Source: a virus
Lineage: Duplodnaviria; Caudoviricetes
Reading direction: 5' to 3' (one strand)
Length of the DNA stretch: 59,083 nucleotides
Virus record (IMG/VR): IMGVR_UViG_3300042568_000868
Span: 1-59,083 of that record
Below are positions 19,729 to 29,060 of this stretch, one piece after another. Every line of letters starts with the position of its first letter. The first letter of the stretch is position 1. The notes under the pieces were generated by a model. That model had not been told where the DNA came from, ran no database searches, and worked only from the letters and a program-made list of their open reading frames with translations. The position numbers were made by a program, and so were the translations under genes.

Positions 19729-21774
19729 CTAAAAGTTTAAATCTACGACACTAGATCCAGATTTAAACCAAGTTGAACCAAATAGAGGCTTGTCGAATAA
19801 ATCCTTCTTCTTTTCTTCCTCTACTTTATTCTTTACAGTCATGTTATATAGTTGTTCCCTATATATCATACAACATTGTAACGCTCGAACTCTATCGAAG
19901 TTTCCTTTGTCGTTATATCTTATTAATTCTTCTAATAGCGGTTCAGATAATATCCTTTCTACATTTTTGCATCCAGGAGCAAATTCATCATTTAACCAAT
20001 CCTTTATAAGTATCTCGGAGTAAGCAATGATGCCTTTGGTCATGTGAATTCCTTTTCTCCTTTGCACCTTAGAGTTTCCTATGATATCACTAATAATATC
20101 AGGCTGATCTGCTAGTAGATAATCTTTGTGTTTGTTGGCGAAGTATGTAAATAGACCTTTCTTTTCATTCTCGTACAGCAATCTTGCATTGTAGTATAAT
20201 AGTAGTTTCATTACATTCTCGTAGTACTCATCTGCCGAATCTGGTCTTCCTGTATACTCAGCAACTATTATATCGTAATACTCTTCAAATCCTTGGAATC
20301 TCTTGTATATTATAGTTGACCCTAGAGATGTAGAGTTTGCGGCCTTATCAAAGTCATATGGGTCATTCCCACCAATATATAGACCGACTGGAGTATCTTT
20401 AGCTGGATGCTCCCATATAACTATAGAACCTGTCTGATCGTCGTCTTTGCCTAATGGATATTTAGTTATATCGCCTCTCTTTTTAACATTCCAAACCAGC
20501 TCTCCATTAACCCAGTTTAAATCACCCACTTGTTTATGATTTTGAAGGGCCTTATTCGTACGAATTCTAGCAAGCTGGGCCATTAGTTCTTTTTTAGGAA
20601 AGATGTTACCAGTGAGCTCCAAACAAGCCTCCTGAGGTGTTATAGGCTGTTCACTTATATATCTATCTATAGAACGTGCATCTGTAGCATTCTTAACTAC
20701 ATCCTCTCTTAATGACAGTACATAATCTTTAGCTTTCTCTGTGTATGTATTGCCATCATCATCCATGTATAATCTAGTACCATCATCATCTCTTACATCT
20801 AGATTAGTGTACTGAGGAATGAAGAATCCGCATTTATTTCCATGAGCGTTTTCATCCCATATATTATCTAATGGTAGGCAGTTATATCCATCTGGAGCAT
20901 AGAATAATTCACGCAAGCCTGTAAAGTCTTCTCCATCAGAACCTCCGGTTCCAAACACAATCATTAATCCATGAGCGATACCATCCTGCTCTACAGAAGG
21001 TCTAGCAATTTGCCATAACTCTAAAAGGTTAGGAAACTTACCTCCTTCTTCTAGTACAATTAAGGCTCCGCTTTTTCCACGAATTTTGTTAACGTCATTC
21101 TTAGTCGTAACGCCTATTATCTCAGATTTATATCCAACTTCTACTTTATTACCTGCATCATCAGTAGTAACTACAGAGGCACGTCTATGCATCTTTGTAT
21201 CTACCTTTTGACGCTTCTTAGCCCATGGTGTATTTTCATCAATAAAGTCCATATACTCCCATGCTTTTGTAATGATACCATCCTTTACAAGGAACTCATT
21301 CTCTGCAGCAAAAGCAAATGATTTAGACTCTGGTATGAAGTAATAATTCCTACACATCATGGATCCGTTTTTAAAACTATAGCCTTTCCTTCGTGATTTC
21401 AGAACAGCTAGATGCTTCCCTTTGTCTTGAGCTTCCTGTACAGCACAAAAGAAATAGTAGTCATAATCATAGAAGTCTGGGAACTCTCTAACCTTCTCCC
21501 TTTTCTGTATGATATTGCCATTTCTATCTTTAACTTCTTTAGTTACAATACGAAGGATAGGGCAGTAGTTTAGATAGAAGTAATTGAAACCACTAATCCA
21601 ATCTCCGTCCTCAGCTGTATATCCATTAAGGCATCTATCAGTCTCTTCATCCCAAAATGCTAGGTACTCACTAGTTCCACTTGGTAATAAACAGTAAACC
21701 CCGTGCTTCTTGAAATGAAGCGCAGGCGCCTGGAATTTTGAAGAGTTAACTATCTTTTTTGAGAAATCTATCAT
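19729..21774 (-). CDS. terL: Terminase large subunit
   Basis: Walker A variant LKSRRKGYS, Walker B IVLEEGG, FGTGG coupling motif, nuclease motifs GGNDPYD, YENE, GNFDRV. Confidence 0.93.
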   Translation of the reverse strand: MIDFSKKIVNSSKFQAPALHFKKHGVYCLLPSGTSEYLAFWDEETDRCLNGYTAEDGDWISGFNYFYLNYCPILRIVTKEVKDRNGNIIQKREKVREFPDFYDYDYYFFCAVQEAQDKGKHLAVLKSRRKGYSFKNGSMMCRNYYFIPESKSFAFAAENEFLVKDGIITKAWEYMDFIDENTPWAKKRQKVDTKMHRRASVVTTDDAGNKVEVGYKSEIIGVTTKNDVNKIRGKSGALIVLEEGGKFPNLLELWQIARPSVEQDGIAHGLMIVFGTGGSDGEDFTGLRELFYAPDGYNCLPLDNIWDENAHGNKCGFFIPQYTNLDVRDDDGTRLYMDDDGNTYTEKAKDYVLSLREDVVKNATDARSIDRYISEQPITPQEACLELTGNIFPKKELMAQLARIRTNKALQNHKQVGDLNWVNGELVWNVKKRGDITKYPLGKDDDQTGSIVIWEHPAKDTPVGLYIGGNDPYDFDKAANSTSLGSTIIYKRFQGFEEYYDIIVAEYTGRPDSADEYYENVMKLLLYYNARLLYENEKKGLFTYFANKHKDYLLADQPDIISDIIGNSKVQRRKGIHMTKGIIAYSEILIKDWLNDEFAPGCKNVERILSEPLLEELIRYNDKGNFDRVRALQCCMIYREQLYNMTVKNKVEEEKKKDLFDKPLFGSTWFKSGSSVVDLNF

Positions 21775-22538
21775 CCTTTGCTCTTTTTATATTTTTTACC
21801 CTTATTCATTTTCCCAGCAGAACTTCTCTTTCTAAATAAATCAGTATCTCTTTTCCCTGATAATACATAATTGATTTTTAACTCCAATTCTTCTTTAGTG
21901 AATGAAAAAATATATCTTTTGTTTGATATAAATCTTCCATTTTGGTTGTTGCAAATGTAAGATATACTTCTAGAATCTACAAAAGTTTTCCTACTCATCT
22001 CTGATATGCTTTCTGCTGTATAGTTTGTTTTATTTAAAATATCAAAGCCGAAAACATATTTTCTTGCTTCAATAGCTACTTTTGGAATTCTATTTTTTGA
22101 TGAAAGTTTCATCTTTTCTATAGTATCTTTTGTGTGTTTAAACCCAAGTCTGCCGCTATCACCTCCAGGAGTTGAATTATATCCATTCTTATATGAATCA
22201 TAAATTTCAATATACATGCATTCAATAATGTTCAATTCTTTTGAAATAGACTCTTTACTTCTATCTTGTATATTTATTGCACATAATATACTGCATGTAA
22301 AATTATCTATTCCATATTTTGATATCGCAATGTATAGTTTTAGCTTACTACTTCCTTTGTTTATTGTTCTATTATGATGAAGCAATCTATTTCTTATATC
22401 TACAGACTGTCCTATATAAACTCTTCCGTTTATTTGATTTTCTATTTTGTATATACCGCAATTCCCTCTAGCAATCGCTTCTGGATTACTTAGAGGGAAT
22501 TTATCTGAGTTTACGACCTTTTTATTAAAGTCTATCAT
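21771..22538 (-). CDS. Free-standing GIY-YIG homing endonuclease with NUMOD3-like region
   Basis: CGIYKIEN...VYIGQS...R, GYNSTPGG, GFKHTKDTIEKM. Confidence 0.9.
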   Translation of the reverse strand: MIDFNKKVVNSDKFPLSNPEAIARGNCGIYKIENQINGRVYIGQSVDIRNRLLHHNRTINKGSSKLKLYIAISKYGIDNFTCSILCAINIQDRSKESISKELNIIECMYIEIYDSYKNGYNSTPGGDSGRLGFKHTKDTIEKMKLSSKNRIPKVAIEARKYVFGFDILNKTNYTAESISEMSRKTFVDSRSISYICNNQNGRFISNKRYIFSFTKEELELKINYVLSGKRDTDLFRKRSSAGKMNKGKKYKKSKG

Positions 22539-22543
22539 AAGTA

Positions 22544-22822
22544 TTACTTATTTAACCATGCAATAAATTTGCGGAATAAAGATTTAATTTTAGATTCTTT
22601 AACAACTACTGATGCGCGAAACTCATCAATTTGTTTTGTAAGTTCTAGTGGGCTAACAGTCTCTTCTGCAAACTTTACTAGCGTGGTTTCTTTTAGTTGT
22701 AGTTTCTTTTTGTTTTTACGTCTAGCGTTATGAGATTTCTTTTCTACGATAGTTGAAACTTCTTTTTCTGGTGTCAATGCTACTGGTTGAGCAGGCTCCA
22801 CTTTATTTGCTTTTTTGTTCAT
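22544..22822 (-). CDS. Basic hypothetical protein
   Basis: ORF directly downstream of a promoter-like motif. Confidence 0.55.
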   Translation of the reverse strand: MNKKANKVEPAQPVALTPEKEVSTIVEKKSHNARRKNKKKLQLKETTLVKFAEETVSPLELTKQIDEFRASVVVKESKIKSLFRKFIAWLNK

Positions 22823-22840
22823 TTTAATTAAATTGAATGT

Positions 22841-22874
22841 TTATCTATAAAACGTTATCACTGTTTATTTTGTT
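22841..22874 (-). promoter_or_regulatory. Putative ECF-type late promoter (AAC-N17-CGTT)
   Basis: Minus strand AAC-AAAATAAACAGTGATAA-CGTT-TTATAGATA; one of five similar sites. Confidence 0.55.
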
Positions 22875-23320
22875 TGTTCCTGTGTTTTGTCTTTTACAAC
22901 AATGTATACACCAGGATTAGTTTTATCTACTGAATAGTATTTACCATCAATAACATGTGCATATGGTATTATGTAGTCCATATTATCATCAGGTATAATC
23001 TCAAATGCCACCATTAAATCCATCACTATTTGACATATATTTATGAAGTCAAACTTAGCTTTTGTATCTCTAACAAAGTGTAATCCAACCTCACATGGAT
23101 ATGTTACATCTGCAAATAATTCCTTTAACTCCTTCACAGGAAACATTAGTGGAATTGTTTTGTATAAAGTAACTTCTTTCCTTCCTGATGAGTAATGCTG
23201 GATTCCGTGGGCTCTAAGGAATTTCCCTACAGTCTTTGAGTGGAATACTCCTGTACTTGTGGCAACCTTACTATTCTTTGATGATGGAATTTGACCATCT
23301 AGAAACACTACTTTACTCAT
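22865..23320 (-). CDS. RusA-like Holliday junction resolvase
   Basis: IPSSKNS, DFINxxQIVMD, IIPDDN acidic motifs. Confidence 0.7.
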   Translation of the reverse strand: MSKVVFLDGQIPSSKNSKVATSTGVFHSKTVGKFLRAHGIQHYSSGRKEVTLYKTIPLMFPVKELKELFADVTYPCEVGLHFVRDTKAKFDFINICQIVMDLMVAFEIIPDDNMDYIIPYAHVIDGKYYSVDKTNPGVYIVVKDKTQEQTK

Positions 23321-23471
23321 CGTCATCCTCCTCCTCTACTTCATATTTAAATGGCGGCTTAGGTCCGCTCCCTACTTCATAATCCATTATCATATCCATA
23401 GCAGCATGACTAGAGATAAAAGAATCATTTATCATTAAGTCGTCTATATCAAACCATATGTGCTTGCTCAT
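23313..23471 (-). CDS. 52-aa acidic hypothetical protein
   Basis: Manual translation MSKHIWFDIDD...EEEDDDE; ATGA overlap with upstream stop. Confidence 0.6.
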   Translation of the reverse strand: MSKHIWFDIDDLMINDSFISSHAAMDMIMDYEVGSGPKPPFKYEVEEEDDDE

Positions 23472-23998
23472 CGTCTATTTGGTAATTCGTACATTCCTAT
23501 ATCTCCACCACCCCTAACTCTACTAGATTCAATCTCATCACGCTTAACTTGTTTCTCAAGTGTATCTATTGATTTGATTGCTTTCTCTAGCATTCCTGCT
23601 ACAGCAAGAGTATCCTTTGCCATTCGCATATCCATTCCATGATCATCTTTAGAATTCATATACTTACTCATTGCTTCTAGTCTATTTCTAAAGCCTCTAA
23701 GTAGTTTTAAATTCAATGTATCTAGAAACTCTATGTATTCTTTTTCAGCCTCTATAGTTAGTTCGTTGGGAGTCCAGTCTTTGTTGAATAGTTTAAGTTT
23801 AAGTTTCTCTGCTCTCTCTTCCTCATACATAGCCTTCACATATGGACTATCTGGATGGTTTTTAAGCACTATATATGTTATATAGTCTCTAGCTATAGAC
23901 TTATCCTTTTCAGACTCCCAGATAGCCCTAAAACAAGGAATTGCTAGGGCTTCTGTATGTATAGTAACTTTATCTCCTTGTAAATCAAATAGTTTCAT
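23468..23998 (-). CDS. Conserved crAss-like hypothetical protein
   Basis: Helical ORF in packaging region with SRVRGG C-terminus; function not assignable. Confidence 0.6.
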   Translation of the reverse strand: MKLFDLQGDKVTIHTEALAIPCFRAIWESEKDKSIARDYITYIVLKNHPDSPYVKAMYEEERAEKLKLKLFNKDWTPNELTIEAEKEYIEFLDTLNLKLLRGFRNRLEAMSKYMNSKDDHGMDMRMAKDTLAVAGMLEKAIKSIDTLEKQVKRDEIESSRVRGGGDIGMYELPNRR

Positions 23999-24422
23999 TT
24001 GATGCTTCTTCTTTTGGTTCCTCTGTATCTTCTTCCTCTACTGACTCCTCGAATATAATATCTAATTTCTCAGACTTAACAATGTCTAATTTGCAGAATA
24101 TATCATTAGGTTCATATATATTCGGAATAGAATCTGTATTGGTTTTAAACTCAACCATAAGTTCGCTATCGTCATTACTATATACAATTGGTGTAGATAT
24201 TGTCAATGCAAGAGATTTAATACTAGCATCTTCTATCTGCGATATAATTCCAATATATCCAGTTGGTATAATCACTGCCATTCCTGTTTTGTAAACCAAA
24301 ACTAGTCTGCCGTCTTTACCTATCTTTGTTCCTATTTCAATAGCCTTGAATTTCAATGAATTATGTTCATTTACTATTGGACTTTCAGCTTTCTTGTTTA
24401 ATTGTTTTACTATAATATTCAT
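23985..24422 (-). CDS. dUTPase-fold protein, catalytic motifs degenerate
   Basis: YKTGMAVIIPTGYIG scaffold present; canonical motifs 1-5 altered or absent. Confidence 0.6.
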   Translation of the reverse strand: MNIIVKQLNKKAESPIVNEHNSLKFKAIEIGTKIGKDGRLVLVYKTGMAVIIPTGYIGIISQIEDASIKSLALTISTPIVYSNDDSELMVEFKTNTDSIPNIYEPNDIFCKLDIVKSEKLDIIFEESVEEEDTEEPKEEASNETI

Positions 24423-24424
24423 GG

Positions 24425-24688
24425 TTATTTATTTATCTTTATTGCTTGTATATGTTCTTTCCAGAATTCAACTACATGTCTTAGATTAGATTCTTTATTA
24501 TAAAGCCACCATTTAGGATATTTATAATCAAGACAGATATCAATAGCCTCCTCTTCTGATTCAGCTTCTATATTTCCATAATCTTCTATTGTAGGATTCT
24601 CCATTCCATTCATCATCAAATAGAATCTACATGCGTAAATATTACTTCTTTTTGATTCGCTTATCTCTGTATGTGATGATTGTTCCAT
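24425..24688 (-). CDS. Hypothetical protein
   Basis: ORF in operon; IEAESEEEAI motif. Confidence 0.5.
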   Translation of the reverse strand: MEQSSHTEISESKRSNIYACRFYLMMNGMENPTIEDYGNIEAESEEEAIDICLDYKYPKWWLYNKESNLRHVVEFWKEHIQAIKINK

Positions 24689-24848
24689 TTACATCTTCGG
24701 TTTTGCTTTCGATTACAAGATACTTGTCTCTTTCTTTTCTATTAGCATAGACTTTCTTCATGTGTTCTGCTGAGTTTGCTAGTACAATATCAGAGAACTC
24801 TTTAATAGATAATTCTTTCTGTAATCTAGAGAATTCAAACATATCCAT
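24642..24848 (-). CDS. Hypothetical protein
   Basis: ORF in operon. Confidence 0.45.
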   Translation of the reverse strand: MDMFEFSRLQKELSIKEFSDIVLANSAEHMKKVYANRKERDKYLVIESKTEDVNGTIITYRDKRIKKK

Positions 24849-24849
24849 A

Positions 24850-25152
24850 TTATTTCTTTTTTAAGTTTTTTGTATGCCACAATAATGCTATTGCGTTCCA
24901 TGCTACTTGAGCTAAGTGATAACATCCAGTTTCTTCGTCAATTAAGTTTCCTTTTCTGTACTCAACTAGATGTCTTAACAAAGCTGCATAGTATCTATTA
25001 TCATAATCATCTAGCCATTGCCATTTGTTTGGTCCATACTTATTTGCACCTGCTGTATAAACCTTAACTATATCCTCTATCTCTTCCATGGGAAGTAGTT
25101 CCCACATTAGTTTTCCATCTATACGATCATTCTTGACTGGCTTCATTATCAT
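24850..25152 (-). CDS. dATP/dGTP diphosphohydrolase-domain (DUF5664-like) protein
   Basis: GK..WELLP, GANKYG..W, AALLRHL, DEETG..HLA..AWN. Confidence 0.8.
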   Translation of the reverse strand: MIMKPVKNDRIDGKLMWELLPMEEIEDIVKVYTAGANKYGPNKWQWLDDYDNRYYAALLRHLVEYRKGNLIDEETGCYHLAQVAWNAIALLWHTKNLKKK

Positions 25153-25579
25153 TCTTTTTAAATACAATAATCATTGAAGGGAATGGTGCAGAAGATTTGC
25201 TTCCACTAAACTTAAGTCTGCCTTTTATAAACTTAATAGAGCAATCAGGATTAGTATATATATAATCGTGAAACCATTTTGTGTCGACTCTAGCAGGTAG
25301 TAGCATGACGATCGTGCAATCTGCAGAGCATTCTTTGCTCGCTTTATAAACCCAATCAGAAATTTCTCTACCATAGGGAGGATTACACCAGCATACATTT
25401 TCTTGCCACGTTTGAGCAAGTCCGTTTTGTTTAACATTAAAATATTTATTTACTTTCTTATTTGTAGTATCTGCACAAACATCTAATGTAAAATTGTATA
25501 TAGAATTCAATTCGTCAAATAAATCTTGCGGTGTAGACCAGTGATTAGTTCCTGTACTGAACATTAAATCTGTATTCAT
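25127..25579 (-). CDS. Phage DNA N6-adenine methyltransferase
   Basis: WSTPQ, FTLDVCA, WCNPPYG, LLPARVDT, GRLKF, APFPS. Confidence 0.9.
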   Translation of the reverse strand: MNTDLMFSTGTNHWSTPQDLFDELNSIYNFTLDVCADTTNKKVNKYFNVKQNGLAQTWQENVCWCNPPYGREISDWVYKASKECSADCTIVMLLPARVDTKWFHDYIYTNPDCSIKFIKGRLKFSGSKSSAPFPSMIIVFKKNDNEASQE

Positions 25580-25580
25580 A

Positions 25581-26216
25581 TTACGATAGGTATTGTGCTT
25601 TCAAATCATCAAAAATTAACTCTATAGAATCACTCATCTTCTTTAATAGTTCTAATGCTAAGTATCGCATATCTGGATGAGCAGCAGGAGAACATCTAAG
25701 TTTAAAGAAATGTCTCCATTCTCTGAGGTTAGCTTTCATACATATTTCAGTCTTAAGTGAATTAGGTAAGATTGCTCTAGCTTGTTGTGGAGTGAATCCT
25801 TTCTTTAATGCCATAAAATAAGCTGTTTCTATCGCTTCTAAGGCATTATAATAGTCTGCCCCTACTATACCTGCATCGTCATCGAGAACGTTGCTTATAA
25901 AGGTTAATTCGTTGCCAAACTTATCTTTACTATAGTTGCAATACCTAGTAGATTCTTGTGCATATGAAGCCACTCTATGTCTCACTATCTCATGACTAAC
26001 GCCTCTATCACATATAAACTTCACTGTAACATCATGGAACTCTAGCATTGCTTCGTGATTAGATTCTATTAGTCTCTTTACCAATTTCTTTGCACTATCT
26101 TCTGTAATCAAATCCTCTGATTTGTAACAAGTTCTAGCTGCTAGTTCTATTGATTTTAGTACATCATCACTATTAATCTCGCTTAAGATATTCACGGTCG
26201 CCTTTATTACCTGCAT
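25581..26216 (-). CDS. thyX: FAD-dependent thymidylate synthase
   Basis: ThyX signature RHRVASYAQESTRY; AARTCY; ARAILP; HFFKLR. Confidence 0.93.
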   Translation of the reverse strand: MQVIKATVNILSEINSDDVLKSIELAARTCYKSEDLITEDSAKKLVKRLIESNHEAMLEFHDVTVKFICDRGVSHEIVRHRVASYAQESTRYCNYSKDKFGNELTFISNVLDDDAGIVGADYYNALEAIETAYFMALKKGFTPQQARAILPNSLKTEICMKANLREWRHFFKLRCSPAAHPDMRYLALELLKKMSDSIELIFDDLKAQYLS

Positions 26217-26412
26217 ACTTCTTTCCTTTAAATCGTTTTTTAAGTCTTATTTTAAATAGATAAGCAAACATTAAATCCTTTTCATCATATATGTCAGATA
26301 TTCTCCTTGATGCAAATATAAATGGATGATTACAAATAGTAGATATTATTGCTTTATGTATATTGTATTTCTTTGATAATTCTGAATATATTTCTGTATT
26401 CTTAGTTATCAT
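26173..26412 (-). CDS. HU/IHF-like small DNA-binding protein
   Basis: Helix-helix then LMFAYLFKIRLK beta arm; basic. Confidence 0.5.
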   Translation of the reverse strand: MITKNTEIYSELSKKYNIHKAIISTICNHPFIFASRRISDIYDEKDLMFAYLFKIRLKKRFKGKKYAGNKGDREYLKRD

Positions 26413-26549
26413 GTTACAATAGGATTATGGTTATGCTTTTCCTTTTGTATAACATGTCTGTAAAACAGAAACTACTTTTTCCCCATGTTTCAAACCCGCA
26501 ATCATTTGCTTTTTTGAACCTACTTGTTTTACTTTCTTTCTTGCTGAAC

Positions 26550-26924
26550 TTAGTCATTTTCCTTTAATTTTAATAACATTGTTATCTGTATAGTCTTATT
26601 CCCTATTACAATAGGTATTAGAGCTTTGTTTATTGATAGTAAACCATCTTGGTCATTCATCATTAGTTTGTTGCTCTTGAATGTTTGTATGTATCTACAG
26701 AGATTATCCTTGGTTATATTCTCTTTCTCCATTACAATCTTTCTGTTTTCAGTTGAGTCTATCGCCTTTTTAGGTTTCTTATTCTTTGTTGACTCTAGAT
26801 GTATGGTAAGAAAGGTAGAGAGTATTGATAACTCTCTATCAGTCAAACCTAATAACCCATTAAGACTACGAAGGAACTCTATACTAAGTTTCTCTGATGG
26901 TATAGTCTTGATTAGTTTATTCAT
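26550..26924 (-). CDS. Putative winged-helix protein
   Basis: LTDRELSIL and NITKDNLCRYIQTFK helix-turn-helix-like pattern. Confidence 0.5.
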   Translation of the reverse strand: MNKLIKTIPSEKLSIEFLRSLNGLLGLTDRELSILSTFLTIHLESTKNKKPKKAIDSTENRKIVMEKENITKDNLCRYIQTFKSNKLMMNDQDGLLSINKALIPIVIGNKTIQITMLLKLKEND

Positions 26925-27385
26925 TACGCTGTAATTTTGTTAATAAAATCAATTAGATTGTGGTATACTGTAATAGCTTCATCAGCATCTGCAATTAGTT
27001 CTCCTTCATATCTGCCTTTAAGGATATCGGCTTCCACTTCTTCCATTTTAGCTTCAAACTCAGCGCGTTTACGTTTAAGTTTTCCAGTGAGGTCACTTAG
27101 CTTCTTTTCTGCAGCTTCTTTCTTTTCTATTAAGTCATCGACAACATCATATAGAGATACAATCTCTTTTTGAGGTTCGGCCTTAGGTTCGATATCTTTA
27201 ACTACACCAAGACCAATCAATTCCTGTATTAAAGAATGTGATATGCTGGTAGTTACTCTATCCTCTCTAGATGATGAGATAAACTCTTCTGTATGTAGCC
27301 ATTCTGTATCTCCATGTTGAGATGTGAATACTGTACCTTTTTGAATATTACCAAAGTTATCTAGAAATTCTACTTCTTTTCCCAT
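26924..27385 (-). CDS. Hypothetical coiled-coil protein
   Basis: ORF downstream of promoter-like motif. Confidence 0.55.
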   Translation of the reverse strand: MGKEVEFLDNFGNIQKGTVFTSQHGDTEWLHTEEFISSSREDRVTTSISHSLIQELIGLGVVKDIEPKAEPQKEIVSLYDVVDDLIEKKEAAEKKLSDLTGKLKRKRAEFEAKMEEVEADILKGRYEGELIADADEAITVYHNLIDFINKITA

Positions 27386-27410
27386 AATATATTATTATTA
27401 ATAAATTGTT

Positions 27411-27445
27411 TCTATATACATAACGTGTAAACTATGAAAGTTGTT
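27411..27445 (-). promoter_or_regulatory. Putative ECF-type late promoter (AAC-N17-CGTT)
   Basis: Minus strand AAC-AACTTTCATAGTTTACA-CGTT-ATGTATATAG. Confidence 0.55.
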
Positions 27446-27532
27446 GTACGTAATTCGCAAATATATGTATAAAAAAATAGAGCTTACTATTTCTAGTAAA
27501 CCCTATTAAAACAATTAAAACAATTTAATATC

Positions 27533-27994
27533 TTATTCGACAAACAACATATTCATAGCCTCGACAGCATACTTATCTGCTAGTATATTATTAGCATTAT
27601 CAGCATGACCTTTAACCCAAATAACTTCAACATTAACTTCTTTAAGTAAGTCAGATACAAGCCTCCATTGGTCTGTATTTGCCTTATTCGCATATCCTTT
27701 AGCATGCCACTTCTTTAACCACCCGCAGGTCAAAGGATTAGAAACGTATTTAGAATCTGTATAAATAGTAATATCTTTTATACCATGTTCTTTTGCGAAT
27801 CTAAGGGCTGTAATAAAGGCTTGTAATTCCATTCTATTGTTAGTAGTATCAGGACTATTCCCTTGTAGTATCGCAGATTGCTTTCCTCCAATTAATTTCC
27901 CTTCACATTCAATAACAACACTATATCCTCCTGGGCCAGGGTTTCCGGAGCAAGCTCCATCCACCCATGCTTCCCATTTGTTTTTCTTATCCAT
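27533..27994 (-). CDS. rnhA: Ribonuclease HI
   Basis: DGACSGNPGPGG, TTNNRMEL, YTDSKY, WVKGHA..N..AD. Confidence 0.95.
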   Translation of the reverse strand: MDKKNKWEAWVDGACSGNPGPGGYSVVIECEGKLIGGKQSAILQGNSPDTTNNRMELQAFITALRFAKEHGIKDITIYTDSKYVSNPLTCGWLKKWHAKGYANKANTDQWRLVSDLLKEVNVEVIWVKGHADNANNILADKYAVEAMNMLFVE

Positions 27995-27999
27995 ATGGA

Positions 28000-28455
28000 T
28001 TATTTCTTTGTAATAGCAACTACATCGAATGGTTCAACCAACGCTGAGTCTTTAAACAAATCAAAATCCATTGAGCGTTTATTTGGGAATACAATAGTAT
28101 CACCAACATTTAATTCAACAGCTCCATTCAATCCAGCTACTTTGACTGTAGCAGGTACAGATAAAACAATACCGCGTCTAAATGTAGATTCAGTTTCTAC
28201 TTCGGTTTTAACCATCTCTAGTATATCATCTCCATTCTCGTCCTTCTCACCAGTTGGTTGAGGGGCAGTCAACGGCTTAAGAACCATCTGAATTTCTAAA
28301 GGTTTTACTAGTATATATCTTGTGAAATCATATTTAATTCCTTCAGATACAATATTGGCTAGAGTTTCATCACTAACGTTTTCAATCTTGTGATAAGATT
28401 GCTCTTCTTGAGAAACTTCTATTGCAGGTGCATCACATACTTCTAATTCATCCAT
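28000..28455 (-). CDS. GroES/Cpn10-like protein
   Basis: YILVKP, GIVLSV, LNVGDTIVF, DVVA pattern. Confidence 0.6.
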   Translation of the reverse strand: MDELEVCDAPAIEVSQEEQSYHKIENVSDETLANIVSEGIKYDFTRYILVKPLEIQMVLKPLTAPQPTGEKDENGDDILEMVKTEVETESTFRRGIVLSVPATVKVAGLNGAVELNVGDTIVFPNKRSMDFDLFKDSALVEPFDVVAITKK

Positions 28456-28480
28456 CTTTAACTATATTTAATTATTAATA

Positions 28481-28513
28481 CTATATATATAACGTATATA
28501 AATACTATTTGTT
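28481..28513 (-). promoter_or_regulatory. Putative ECF-type late promoter (AAC-N16-CGTT)
   Basis: Minus strand AAC-AAATAGTATTTATATA-CGTT-ATATATATAG, about 35 nt upstream of first late gene. Confidence 0.55.
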
Positions 28514-28534
28514 GTTGTTAATTCTAAGATATTT

Positions 28535-28820
28535 CAAGCCCCTATAAGGCTTTTTATTTCCCTCTTCGACTTCATTATTTACTTCAGAATCACCGTTCGT
28601 CAGATTTCTCCTACACCTTCAGGCTTTATCCCAGTCTCCCCTCGTTATTCACTCCTAGACTTACGTCATTTAGTGAAGCGCCCCTGATTCCTTATAAAAT
28701 AACTTTTGACATCTCATTTAAAGCTCACTACTATTTGTAGGTTTAGTAAACGAGGACGTCCCTGTACTTATCGTTTCGCATATCTTCGAGGGAGGTCGAT
28801 GTCTTGAGTGACACTGTCAT
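28535..28820 (-). ncRNA. Candidate late non-coding RNA
   Basis: Begins just after promoter-like motif, no ORF of 60 aa or more, raised GC, several stems, ends at a hairpin. Confidence 0.35.
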
Positions 28821-28850
28821 ATATACTAACGAGAGTAAGTTTAAATTGTT
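28818..28850 (-). promoter_or_regulatory. Putative ECF-type late promoter (AAC-N16-CGTT)
   Basis: Minus strand AAC-AATTTAAACTTACTCT-CGTT-AGTATATA. Confidence 0.45.
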
Positions 28851-28929
28851 CAGTCCAAATGTAACTTTTTTTCAAAATTTTTTATATTTTAGTGGAAATA
28901 TATAATTTTTTGGTAAAATTTTTTAGGCA

Positions 28930-29060
28930 TATTATGTATCTGAACACACAGAGGTAGAATTTTTTAGTAAAATTTTTTATAAATAATATATGCGAATGCT
29001 CAGAGGAATAATTTTTTTTAATATTTTTTGTTGATATTATATATCTGAATACTCAGAGGT
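28930..29060. repeat. Three imperfect ~26-bp direct repeats with ~52-bp period at the strand switch
   Basis: TATTATGTATCTGAACACACAGAGG / ATAATATATGCGAATGCTCAGAGG / TATTATATATCTGAATACTCAGAGG separated by T-tracts. Confidence 0.7.

Noticed and set aside
21771-22538. Group I intron or intein in terL
   Set aside because: No intron core sequences or room for them, no intein termini, and TerL is complete from its own ATG
24850-25152. Z-base (2-aminoadenine) DNA pathway
   Set aside because: DUF5664-like gene is present but no PurZ or other pathway gene is visible in the window
26414-26557. 47-codon ORF filling the gap between two late genes
   Set aside because: Plausible spacing but no motif or other support
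367-28261. Plus-strand ORFs within the minus-strand block (and minus-strand ORFs after 29.2 kb)
   Set aside because: Antisense shadows of real genes with no recognisable motifs
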